Both the position numbers and the translations under genes were made by a program. Under the pieces are notes generated by a model that was not told the origin of the DNA, ran no database searches, and was given only the letters and a program-made list of their open reading frames with translations. Source: Vicinamibacterales bacterium (GTDB lineage Bacteria; Acidobacteriota; Vicinamibacteria; Vicinamibacterales; UBA8438). Taken from it: a stretch of DNA of 64,000 nucleotides. Below, in pieces: positions 19,337 to 27,932 of the stretch (position 1 is its first letter; each line of letters starts with the position of its first letter). Where the stretch lies: the NCBI GenBank assembly GCA_937766455.1, contig CALLXD010000015.1:700-64699 (forward strand), given 5' to 3'.

Positions 19337-20118
19337 GCAAGAGTACAGACCGCGGGCCGCGAGGCGTCTGGCCGCGACCGATGTCGCGTCGACATCTACT
19401 GACCAGCGTCCCGGCGCTGGGCGGACTCCTCGTCACCGGGTGTGCCGAGACGCACCTGCCCCCCACGGTTAGAGGTGGGCTCGTCGGTGCGGCCGACGTG
19501 CTCACTATGAGCACCACCCGGTGGCTGATGTCCGACCAACCGTTGGCCCGGGAGTACGAACGGAGCGATATTGCCCCCAACTTTCCAACCTGGGGGCAAA
19601 CCAACCCGGAGGACGAGGACTACCAGCGACATCTGAGCGAAGGCTTCGTGAACTGGCGGTTGCCGGTCACGGGGCTGGTCGGCCGGCCTGGGTCGTTCTC
19701 CCTCGACGAACTGAAGCGGTTTCCATCGCGGACCCAGATTACGGCCCACGTCTGCGAACAGGGCTGGTCGGCGATCGGGGAGTGGACCGGGGTGCCATTG
19801 GCGGCGGTGTTGGAGACCGCTGGCGGAGTGAGCCCGGAAGCGAAGTATGTCGTCTTCAACGCCATGGACGGTTGGTACGAGAGCATCGACATGTTCGATG
19901 TCGTACATCCCCAGACCATTTTGGCCTACGGTCTCAACGGGGATGAGCTGCCCCGTGGTAACGGCGCGCCATTGCGGCTGCGGGTCGAGCGACAATGCGG
20001 CTACAAGAACATCAAGTTTCTGAAGTCGATCGACGTCGTTGACTCGCTCGCAGGCGTCGGTCGCGGCACCGGTGGACTCAGCTCGGACTACGGGTTTCAC
20101 TGGTACGGTGGGGTCTAG
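19333..20118 (+). CDS. Molybdopterin-dependent oxidoreductase (sulfite-oxidase/YedY-like fold), exported lipoprotein
   Basis: GTG start after a GAGGAGGGA Shine-Dalgarno sequence. It has an RR-containing signal with a lipobox (RRHLLTSVPALGGLLVTGC) and the Mo-domain block ITAHVCEQGWSAIGEWTGVPL. Confidence 0.8.
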   Translation: MSKSTDRGPRGVWPRPMSRRHLLTSVPALGGLLVTGCAETHLPPTVRGGLVGAADVLTMSTTRWLMSDQPLAREYERSDIAPNFPTWGQTNPEDEDYQRHLSEGFVNWRLPVTGLVGRPGSFSLDELKRFPSRTQITAHVCEQGWSAIGEWTGVPLAAVLETAGGVSPEAKYVVFNAMDGWYESIDMFDVVHPQTILAYGLNGDELPRGNGAPLRLRVERQCGYKNIKFLKSIDVVDSLAGVGRGTGGLSSDYGFHWYGGV

Positions 20119-20310
20119 GCCCCGAGGGCCAACACACTGTCCGGGCGCCAACACCATTCGACCGGAAGCGCGTGGCCCGCTTCTTCGGATCCCGGTCTGA
20201 AGGTTGCGACAGCTCGCGCTTTGAGCGGGACGATGCCCCCGACGGCCGTGTGGGTCGCCGTGGCCGGTCGGGTCCCCGCAGCAGTCGACGACCATTGAAA
20301 GGACGGCACC

Positions 20311-21393
20311 ATGGCCCCATCGAGACGACGATTCCTCACGACGCTCAGTTCCGCTGCCGCTGGTAGTGCTGCCGTGATCAGCTCGCGTACCTCAGCGTCG
20401 CTCGGCTCGACGATGTCCCCGTCTCGCACGCCGGGGAGCGTCTCACCGGCGGCGTTGTTAGAGCGTCATCCCTCTGCGCCTCCGTCGGTCGGCACGGTCG
20501 CGGCTGCCCAGACCGATCCTCGGATGCCCTCGGCCGCCGAGGTGGAGTCCTGGTACACGGATCGGCGCAACTGGGGCCGTTGGGGTGATGACGACGAGAA
20601 GGGTGCCATCAACCTCATCACACCCCAGAAGAGTGCCGCCGCGGCGGCGCTGGTGCGGAGTGGCCGCAAGGTGTCAGCCAGTCGGGTCTTCGAGCCGGAG
20701 CAGCACTTCATGCGCAAGAGCCCGCGCGAGGGGGGTGCCGGTGCGGTGGTGGACTACTACGGGTTCATCTACCACGGTCAGACCATCACGCACGTCGACG
20801 CGTTGTGCCACATGTGGGATGCCGACGGGATGTGGCAGGGGCGTGACCCGGACGTTGAGATCACGACTCAGGGCGCCAGCTTCGGTACGATTGACGCCTG
20901 GTCGGAGGGCATCATCACGAAGGGTGTCCTGATTGACGTGCCCCGTCATCGGGGTGAGCCGTTCGTGACACCGGACCGCCCGGTGCATGGGTGGGAGATT
21001 GAGGAGATCGCGAGTGCGCAAGGCGTGACGGTCGAGCCTGGCGACGCGCTGCTCATCTACAGTGGGAAGGATGCGTTCGTGCGCGAAGGGGGCGACTACG
21101 CTGGCGGCGATCGTCCGGGGCTGAGCGTGACCTGTGCCAAGTTCATTCGCGACCATGACGTCTCATTGCTGGGCTGGGACATGATGGACGCCCGCCCGGA
21201 CCCGTATGGATTGGCGTTTCCGGTGCACGGGGTGCTCTTCAACTACGGCGTCGCGCTACTGGACAACGCGCTGCTCGAGCCGTTGGCCGAGGCATGCGCG
21301 GACGAAGGTCGGCACGAGTTCATGTTCATGGTGTTGCCGCTCAATGTCGCCAGAGGGACTGGAAGCCCGGCGAATCCGATCGCCATGTTTTGA
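20311..21393 (+). CDS. Cyclase-family protein (kynurenine-formamidase-like), Tat-signal
   Basis: It has a twin-arginine signal (SRRRFLTTLSSAAAGSAA), NWGRWGDDDEKGAINLITP, the metal motif HGQTITHVDALCH and the C-terminus GSPANPIAMF. Confidence 0.85.
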   Translation: MAPSRRRFLTTLSSAAAGSAAVISSRTSASLGSTMSPSRTPGSVSPAALLERHPSAPPSVGTVAAAQTDPRMPSAAEVESWYTDRRNWGRWGDDDEKGAINLITPQKSAAAAALVRSGRKVSASRVFEPEQHFMRKSPREGGAGAVVDYYGFIYHGQTITHVDALCHMWDADGMWQGRDPDVEITTQGASFGTIDAWSEGIITKGVLIDVPRHRGEPFVTPDRPVHGWEIEEIASAQGVTVEPGDALLIYSGKDAFVREGGDYAGGDRPGLSVTCAKFIRDHDVSLLGWDMMDARPDPYGLAFPVHGVLFNYGVALLDNALLEPLAEACADEGRHEFMFMVLPLNVARGTGSPANPIAMF

Positions 21394-21415
21394 TCGGCGA
21401 CACGAAGGTGTGCGG

Positions 21416-22051
21416 ATGACCACGCGACTCGTCTGCCTCGCGCTCGTGGCCGCGCTCGGCGGCGCCAACCTGGCCGGCGCGGCGGAATTGTCCATCGTGG
21501 TGCTGGTTCCCGCCATGGCCGACGATCGGCTCGATCCAGCAAGGCAGGCGATTGCGTTCTGGAATGACCGTCTGGCCGAGCTGGGTGTCGAGACCGGGTT
21601 GAGCGGTCCGGCGATTGTGGTCGACTCGCCGGTTGCCCGGTCACTCGAAAATTATGCCCGGCAGGTCGCCACGCGGGCCGTGGGGCTTCCAGGTGGAGCG
21701 TACGAACCGGCACCACCCGCGGCCCTGACCGACCTTGACGGCGACATCATCGTGCTGCTGTCGCGCCAGGACATCATGTCGTACGCCTGGCCGATGCCGC
21801 GTGTGTCACCCCCGCGGTACTTCGTGGTGATCCGGGCCGTGCGCGGACCCTACCGGAACGACCCGATGGTGTCCCGGCATGTCGTGGCGCACGAACTAGG
21901 TCATGCGCTCGGACTTGACCACAATGCCGAGCCGCACACCCTCATGTGCGGACCGTGCCAGCCGCTGACCGCGGAACCAGACGCCACCGGATTCCTGCCG
22001 CTCACCGATGGGGACCGTGAACGTCTCCGCGACCTCCACGCCCCTCGCTGA
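21416..22051 (+). CDS. Metzincin (matrixin-like) zinc metalloprotease, exported
   Basis: It has a signal peptide (LVCLALVAALGGANLAGA), HELGHALGLDHN (HExxHxxGxxH) and a following Met-turn candidate (HTLMCGP). Confidence 0.8.
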   Translation: MTTRLVCLALVAALGGANLAGAAELSIVVLVPAMADDRLDPARQAIAFWNDRLAELGVETGLSGPAIVVDSPVARSLENYARQVATRAVGLPGGAYEPAPPAALTDLDGDIIVLLSRQDIMSYAWPMPRVSPPRYFVVIRAVRGPYRNDPMVSRHVVAHELGHALGLDHNAEPHTLMCGPCQPLTAEPDATGFLPLTDGDRERLRDLHAPR

Positions 22052-22156
22052 GACGGCTGCCGGCAGCCGTCCAGCCGGGACAGTACGCGGCCCGCCGCCC
22101 GCGCCTGCGGTCATCCGTCCCCTCCGTGGCCACGGTTCGTCGGTACTCGCGCGTCG

Positions 22157-22957
22157 CTAGCGACGCGAGCGCTGAAAGGGGAGACGGAGCGTTTCTTCCA
22201 GGCCGAGGGCGCGTCCCTGCTGGCCAGGAAGACCCAGCGCGACCGTGGTGTCCGCGTTGCCGTCGATGAACGTCCGCCAGATCCGGTCCCACCCCGAAAA
22301 GATGGTCCCGAAATTCGCGCTGTGCAGCTCCGGCCGCTCCGAGTGATGCAGCCGGTGCAGCGACGGCGTGACCACCACCCACGCAATCCAGCGCTCGATT
22401 CTGGGGGCGATCCGAATGTCGCTGTGGACCAGCAAGTTGCAGAAGCCGTAGAGCACCTCGAAGGTGATCAGCCCAAGCACCGGCAGTCCGGTCACGGTCA
22501 CCACCGCCAGCCGAACCCCCATCGAAATCAGCAATTCCCCGGGATGGAATCGGAATGCGGTCGAGGCTTCGAAGTGGGTATCGGAGTGATGGACGGCATG
22601 GAACCGCCAGAGCAGGGCCCACCGGTGGTTGGCTCGATGCCAGAGATAGGCGACCAGGTCGAGCACGACGACCGTCGTCAGTACCTGGGTCCAGTAGGGG
22701 AGCGCGGCGGCCTCGAAGAGACCGATGCCTCTGGCTCGGATGGTGACGGCCCACGTGCAGACACAGGCGCCACAGAGCACCGTGAGCAGCACGGTGTCGA
22801 TCAGCGCGAGGGGTGCGTTGACCCGCCAGTTGCAAATGACCGCATGCAAGGACAGACGATTGGGCACCAGGAGCTGGGCGCCGGCGATGAGCAGTAGTGA
22901 CGCCAGAATGCCCGCGCCCTTGTAGAGGTGAAAGGCCTCGGCCAGCTCCGCGTCCAT
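22157..22957 (-). CDS. Fatty-acid hydroxylase / sterol-desaturase superfamily membrane di-iron enzyme
   Basis: 266 aa with TM helices and the His boxes HRANHR, HAVHHSD and HRLHHSE. Confidence 0.85.
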   Translation of the reverse strand: MDAELAEAFHLYKGAGILASLLLIAGAQLLVPNRLSLHAVICNWRVNAPLALIDTVLLTVLCGACVCTWAVTIRARGIGLFEAAALPYWTQVLTTVVVLDLVAYLWHRANHRWALLWRFHAVHHSDTHFEASTAFRFHPGELLISMGVRLAVVTVTGLPVLGLITFEVLYGFCNLLVHSDIRIAPRIERWIAWVVVTPSLHRLHHSERPELHSANFGTIFSGWDRIWRTFIDGNADTTVALGLPGQQGRALGLEETLRLPFQRSRR

Positions 22958-22979
22958 GCGTAGCGTTCCCCGCGGACTG

Positions 22980-23900
22980 CTATCGGACGGTCACGGTCAC
23001 GTCGATCGGCGTGGTGTTAATCGAGTCGTCGGCGTAGCCGCGGAGGATGTGTGTGCCGGCCTCAGTAAAGGACACCGTGGTGGTCACCTCACCCCCGCGA
23101 CCGCCGTCGACGGCCGTGCTCATCGGGTTGAACGTGACCGCACCGGGACCGCGGTAGTGGGTCCAGGTCAGGGCGAGGCCCGTATCCCTCGCCACGCGTG
23201 CGTCGACGACCGCCTGGTTGTTGGGGCTCTGCACGCGCGCGGCGCGCGCTCTGGCGGCGGCGCGTCTGGCCGTCGCCGCGTCGGAGTCGTCGTCCGTATT
23301 GGCGCGGTTGCGCGGTGGGGTCGGCCCCGGAATGCCGTCGTCGCCAACCACCGCCGTCAAGGTCAACGTGTCTGGGCGGGTCACCGTCAGGGTGGTGCCG
23401 CCAGGGACGGCGATGCTGGGCATTTGGTTGTCAGCCGGCGCCCCATTGATTCCCATCCCGCGGTTGGCCTTGATCACCCCGTCATCGATTTCCCATGAGG
23501 GCGTGAGCGAGCCCACCGCCTGGTCGGTGCGACCGTGGGCGGTGAGGGTCCACACAAGCTCTTGCTCACCCCAGTCCGCCGGGACGTCCACTCTGAAAAT
23601 GAACTGCTGGCGCCGCGGGTAGAAGCGCGTCGGCTGACCCCGGTCTGCCGACCCCGGCTCGAGCTTGTTGTTCGGGCCCACGGGCACCTCCGGCATCTCC
23701 TCGTAGTTCCGGTTCAGGTAGCCGAAGACCATGGTGAACGTGCCGTCGAGGTTCGTTTCCCAGCCCTCGAACACCGGCGCCACGTTCTGTCCCCGGTCGA
23801 ATCTGAGCTGCGCGTGGGCCCCGGCCGCGGCGAACACGGCCACGAGCGCCACCCCGGCGCCAGCGGTGATGAGACGTGTGACTCGCATTGTCATGAGCAT
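22980..23900 (-). CDS. Secreted hypothetical protein (beta-rich, acidic/Arg-Ala linker)
   Basis: 306 aa with a signal peptide (AGVALVAVFAAAGAHA). I recognise no motif. GC3-rich codon usage and 17/22-nt spacing to its neighbours indicate an operon member. Confidence 0.6.
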   Translation of the reverse strand: MLMTMRVTRLITAGAGVALVAVFAAAGAHAQLRFDRGQNVAPVFEGWETNLDGTFTMVFGYLNRNYEEMPEVPVGPNNKLEPGSADRGQPTRFYPRRQQFIFRVDVPADWGEQELVWTLTAHGRTDQAVGSLTPSWEIDDGVIKANRGMGINGAPADNQMPSIAVPGGTTLTVTRPDTLTLTAVVGDDGIPGPTPPRNRANTDDDSDAATARRAAARARAARVQSPNNQAVVDARVARDTGLALTWTHYRGPGAVTFNPMSTAVDGGRGGEVTTTVSFTEAGTHILRGYADDSINTTPIDVTVTVR

Positions 23901-23917
23901 GATTCGGGGTAGCGGCG

Positions 23918-25222
23918 TCAGTTGTCGTTCTCGTTGGTCATCGCGCGACGCTCCTCCTGGGCGGCGACAAACGCGTCGTCATCGAGCTCGTAGTAGCTGG
24001 TCCAGGTGAAGCTCATGTCATCGCTCGAGCGCTGCCCGAAACCGGCCCAATTGCGCGCATCCGGGTTCCATCGGTTCCCGGCCGAGTTGTCGTGCCACGT
24101 CATGGTGTGGAGGAAGGTGCCTTTCGGCAACAACGGTTGCGCGTCGTCTTCGTAGTTGTAGACGATGTGCCAGCCGAAGTCCCAGTTGGAACAGCTGAGC
24201 ATCTCGGTGGTGCCGTCCGGCAAAATTGCTTCGATGCACTGCCGCTTGCCACGGTTGTGCAGATGCGGCTGATAGCCGGTGAGGCGGACGTTCTCAGTGA
24301 AGGGATGATAGCTGTCGTGTCGGACGTCATCGTCGCCGGGGGGGATGTCGAGGTCGTAGTTCTGTGCCAGCGCGCGTGAGTACAGCTCGTGTTCCGGCTC
24401 CTCGCCCTTCGGGTAGAAGGTGAGTCCGACGCTGGTCCGGTCGGTGGTCTCCGTCCCGTTCGACGCGTAGTGCATGTTGAACCGGATCACGGACCCAGCC
24501 TTGACCAACCGGCCGGTACCCGCGGGGAACGCATCGCCGTTCTTGCCTTGGGCATACTCATTCAGAAATTCGCCTTGGTCCGAGTCCACGCTCTCCTGCA
24601 GGCGGGTGACCGCGTGGTGCACTACCGGGAAGCCTGTCGCGGATGGCTTGGTCTCGACCGCCTTGATCCACCGGTCTTCAGTCAGGCCGGAGTCGGAGAA
24701 CAGGTCACCCCACCAGTTGGCCCCGTCGGCCGGCACCACGAACGGCTCCGGAATCGGGACAATCCAGTCAGGCTCACCGATATGCCACATGTCACGTTCG
24801 GCGAACTGGCGCGCGGTGGGCATGTCCGTAGGATTCCCGCGGGGCGCACCTGCGTCCACCCAGGCCACGATGGTTGCGATCTCCTCGTCGTTCAACGACC
24901 GGTCATACTTGAAATCTTGAACCCCGATGTTCTTGTCGATGTACCACGGCGGCATCGATCGGGTGGAGACCTTGTCTTTGATTGCGCGCGCCCACGGGCG
25001 TGACTCTTCGTAGGTCATCAGCGACATCGGGGCGATGGCGCCCTCTCGATGACAGGTCTGGCACGACGCTTGGAAGATCGGCGCGATATCTTTCGTGAAT
25101 GTCACGTCGTCGGCCTGTCCGAACGACGCGGTCGGGATCGCCATGGCGGCAACGGTGACGCCCACAAAGGCGCATAGCGTGGTGCCGTACGAGCCGAGTG
25201 AGACTCTGGACCTGTCCTGCAT
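23918..25222 (-). CDS. Heme-c domain fused to a PHM/DBH-like (copper type II ascorbate-dependent monooxygenase-like) domain, exported
   Basis: 434 aa with a signal peptide and a CQTCH heme-c motif in a DIAPIF..C..CHR..G.APMSL block. The spacing pattern is HH(202-203), then H251, then HLH(320-322), then M374. This matches the CuH/CuM ligand pattern of peptidylglycine monooxygenase. Confidence 0.7.
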   Translation of the reverse strand: MQDRSRVSLGSYGTTLCAFVGVTVAAMAIPTASFGQADDVTFTKDIAPIFQASCQTCHREGAIAPMSLMTYEESRPWARAIKDKVSTRSMPPWYIDKNIGVQDFKYDRSLNDEEIATIVAWVDAGAPRGNPTDMPTARQFAERDMWHIGEPDWIVPIPEPFVVPADGANWWGDLFSDSGLTEDRWIKAVETKPSATGFPVVHHAVTRLQESVDSDQGEFLNEYAQGKNGDAFPAGTGRLVKAGSVIRFNMHYASNGTETTDRTSVGLTFYPKGEEPEHELYSRALAQNYDLDIPPGDDDVRHDSYHPFTENVRLTGYQPHLHNRGKRQCIEAILPDGTTEMLSCSNWDFGWHIVYNYEDDAQPLLPKGTFLHTMTWHDNSAGNRWNPDARNWAGFGQRSSDDMSFTWTSYYELDDDAFVAAQEERRAMTNENDN

Positions 25223-25291
25223 AGCGATTTCTCCTCTTCTGTAGGCGTAATGTGCTCCCTTGCGCCCCGGTTGTCAATGTGCGAGCACAGC

Positions 25292-25319
25292 CTGACGCGG
25301 GGGACAGCCGCTCTATAAT
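25292..25319 (+). promoter_or_regulatory. Sigma70-like promoter candidate for the aldolase-family gene
   Basis: CTGACG (25292-25297), 16-nt spacer, TATAAT (25314-25319). It lies in a GC-poor divergent intergenic region, 60 nt upstream of ATG 25379. Confidence 0.4.
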
Positions 25320-25378
25320 CGGTTCGTTCACAGAGAAATCGAAAAACTGCGGTCCGAGTTGAACGTCTGGAGGAGACC

Positions 25379-26326
25379 ATGCGGAATGGAATCGTCGTGC
25401 TGGCGCTGGCGGTGTCGGTGGGTGTTGTCGCGTTGGCCGGCCAACAGGGTGGGGACCAGAGCTATAGGCCGACACGGATCAACAGGGCGATCGAACTGCT
25501 CGCCCAGGACCAGCCGATCTACTACACGCAGGTCAACGGTGGGGGCTACGAGGAGGGTAAGGCGCTGGCCCAGACCTGGGCCGACTACATTACCTACAAT
25601 CTGGAGCATAGCCCGTTCGATATGACGGCCCTGCGTGGATTCATGCAAGGGCTGGTGGACGGTGGGCCGACACGCAGCGGCCACCGGACGCCGACCGTTG
25701 TGGCCGTGCTGCCGTTTGGCGGCATCAACGAGGCGGTCATGTGGGCGAACTACTGGATGGTGGAACAGCTGCTCGGGTCCGGCGTGCATGGGGTGCTGTT
25801 GGCGCATGCGCAGTCTCCCGCTGCGGTGCGGGTCATGGTGCAGGCGGCCCGTTATCCCCACGCGCCACAGGCCGACGGTCTTGACGAGGGTTTGCGCGGC
25901 AACGGAGGCCAGGGCTTCGCGGCCGGCATCTGGGGCGTTTCGAACGCCGAGTATCAGCGAATGGCAGATCCCTGGCCACTCAATCCCGACGGAGAACTGC
26001 TCGTGGGCCTCAAGATCGAGGACCGCTACGCGCTCGAGAACGCCGAAGCGAGCGTCGGCATCTCTGGCGTGGGGTTCGCTGAGTGGGGTCCGGGCGACAT
26101 GGGCCTCTCGTTCAATGTGAATCGGGCCGATGACCCCGTCGTGCTCCGGAATGCCCGCAACCGGGTGCTTGCCGCCACCAGGCAGGTGGGGATCGCGTTT
26201 CTGGACGGGATGAACGCCCAGAACATCGAGGCGATGATTGACGAAGGCGTCCGGATCGGTTCGAACCCCGGGGCCGACGTGGCTGACCAGGGCAGGCGCT
26301 ATACCGAACGGACGATGCCCTGGTAG
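25379..26326 (+). CDS. HpcH/HpaI aldolase/citrate-lyase-family protein with an N-terminal signal-like segment
   Basis: 315 aa preceded by a GGAGGAG Shine-Dalgarno sequence. The fold-typical blocks are LKIEDRYALENAEASVGISGVGFAEWGPGDMGLS and GVLLAHAQS. The N-terminus VVLALAVSVGVVALAG looks like a signal or anchor. Confidence 0.65.
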   Translation: MRNGIVVLALAVSVGVVALAGQQGGDQSYRPTRINRAIELLAQDQPIYYTQVNGGGYEEGKALAQTWADYITYNLEHSPFDMTALRGFMQGLVDGGPTRSGHRTPTVVAVLPFGGINEAVMWANYWMVEQLLGSGVHGVLLAHAQSPAAVRVMVQAARYPHAPQADGLDEGLRGNGGQGFAAGIWGVSNAEYQRMADPWPLNPDGELLVGLKIEDRYALENAEASVGISGVGFAEWGPGDMGLSFNVNRADDPVVLRNARNRVLAATRQVGIAFLDGMNAQNIEAMIDEGVRIGSNPGADVADQGRRYTERTMPW

Positions 26327-26367
26327 GAAGGGGACGACCCGGTGCCCTGCTGGGTCTGGTCCTGCTG

Positions 26368-27858
26368 TTGGCCGCCTGTGGGAGCGCCGAGTTCGCCTCG
26401 CATGATTCCGGCCCGCTGGACCAGGCCGAGGAGTCGAGTGACCCGGGGCGGGTGGATCAATCCGAAGGGTCGAACTGGACCCGCTTTCGCGGGCCGAACG
26501 GGTCCGGCGTCGCCGACGATGTGGGACCGTTGCCCACCCGGTTCGGTCCTGAGACCAATGTCGTCTGGACCGTCCCGCTGCCTCCCGGGTACTCGTCGCC
26601 GATCGTCAGTGGCGCCGACCTGGTGATCACCGGTGTCGAGGAGGAGCGATTGATGACCATCGCCCTCGACCGTGCGACCGGCCGCGAGCGATGGCGCGCG
26701 ACCATTCACGCCCCACGCCAAGAGGAACTGGACACTCGGAACCACCCCGCCTCAGCCAGTCCGGCGGTTGATGACGCGGGTCACGTCTACGTGTTCTTTG
26801 GCGACTTCGGCCTGGTGTCGTATGACGCCGCCGGTGCCGAGCGCTGGAGGGTTCCGCTCGGACCATTTACCAACGTCTACGGCATGGGGGCGTCACCCCT
26901 CGTCGCGGAGGGACTCGTCATCCTGGTCTGCGATCAGCAACAGGGGTCGTTTCTCTTGGCGGTGGACAGCGCGACGGGAGCAGTCCGGTGGCGCACGCCC
27001 CGGCCTGAGGCCAAGAGCGGACACTCCTCCCCCGTGCTCTGGACGGCAGAGGACGGGACCCGCCACGTGCTGGTGGCCGGGTCGTTCATGGTGACGGGGT
27101 ACGACCTGCTGAGCGGCAACCGGCAGTGGTGGGTCGGCGGCTTGCCGTTCGAAATGAAGGCCACACCAGTGCTGTCTGGCGACACGTTGTTCGTGCAGGG
27201 GTACGCAAGCCCGTTCAACGAAGCGGACGAACAGATGGTCGTCGAGGCCTGGGCCGACACGGTGGAGCAACATGACCACGACGGCGATGGGCTGATCTCG
27301 AGAGACGAGTTCCCGCACCTCCGCACGCGGGGCTACATCCTGTATCTCGATCTCGACGGCGATGGCGCCATGAATGAGGAAGACTGGGCGTACTACCGAG
27401 CGGCCATGGCCAGTCGTAACGGGATGGTGGCCATGCGGTTGGGGGGCGCCGGCGACATGACCGCCCAGAGCCTGCTATGGCGCTATGACAGGGCTGTCCC
27501 GCAGCTCACGTCGCCCCTGCTCTATCAGGACGTTCTGTACATGATCAACGATGGCGGCATCGTGACAGCGTTTCGTCCCAGTACCGGCGAACTCATCGAC
27601 CGGCAGCGCCTGCGCGGTGCGGTAGACGACTACTATGCGTCGCCGGTCGCCGCCGATGGCAAGGTGTATTTCGTTGGGGTGTCCGGGAAGGTGGCCGTCG
27701 CGGAGGTGGTCGCGGGGGGCGAGTTGCAGCTCACGGTGGTCAACGACCTCGGGTCACCGTCTGCAGCCACACCCGCTCTGGCGAAGGGACGGCTCTATGT
27801 GCGGACGGCCAATGCGCTGTGGGCATTTGGCGAGTCCATGCCGTCCGGGTCGAACTAG
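26368..27858 (+). CDS. PQQ-like (BamB-type) beta-propeller protein with two inserted EF-hand calcium loops; probable lipoprotein
   Basis: It has the NWTRFRGPNGSG propeller entry motif, repeated propeller blades, and the loops DHDGDGLISRDE and DLDGDGAMNEED. In-frame codons just upstream (26347-26376) encode LLGLVLLLAAC (lipobox) with no canonical start, so the true start is uncertain. Confidence 0.75.
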   Translation: MAACGSAEFASHDSGPLDQAEESSDPGRVDQSEGSNWTRFRGPNGSGVADDVGPLPTRFGPETNVVWTVPLPPGYSSPIVSGADLVITGVEEERLMTIALDRATGRERWRATIHAPRQEELDTRNHPASASPAVDDAGHVYVFFGDFGLVSYDAAGAERWRVPLGPFTNVYGMGASPLVAEGLVILVCDQQQGSFLLAVDSATGAVRWRTPRPEAKSGHSSPVLWTAEDGTRHVLVAGSFMVTGYDLLSGNRQWWVGGLPFEMKATPVLSGDTLFVQGYASPFNEADEQMVVEAWADTVEQHDHDGDGLISRDEFPHLRTRGYILYLDLDGDGAMNEEDWAYYRAAMASRNGMVAMRLGGAGDMTAQSLLWRYDRAVPQLTSPLLYQDVLYMINDGGIVTAFRPSTGELIDRQRLRGAVDDYYASPVAADGKVYFVGVSGKVAVAEVVAGGELQLTVVNDLGSPSAATPALAKGRLYVRTANALWAFGESMPSGSN

Positions 27859-27932
27859 CGCGCGACATCGTGGCGCGCTGGGATCGTCGTGCGGCGATGC
27901 GCGGGCTGCTCGACACGTGGCCGCACGGACTG

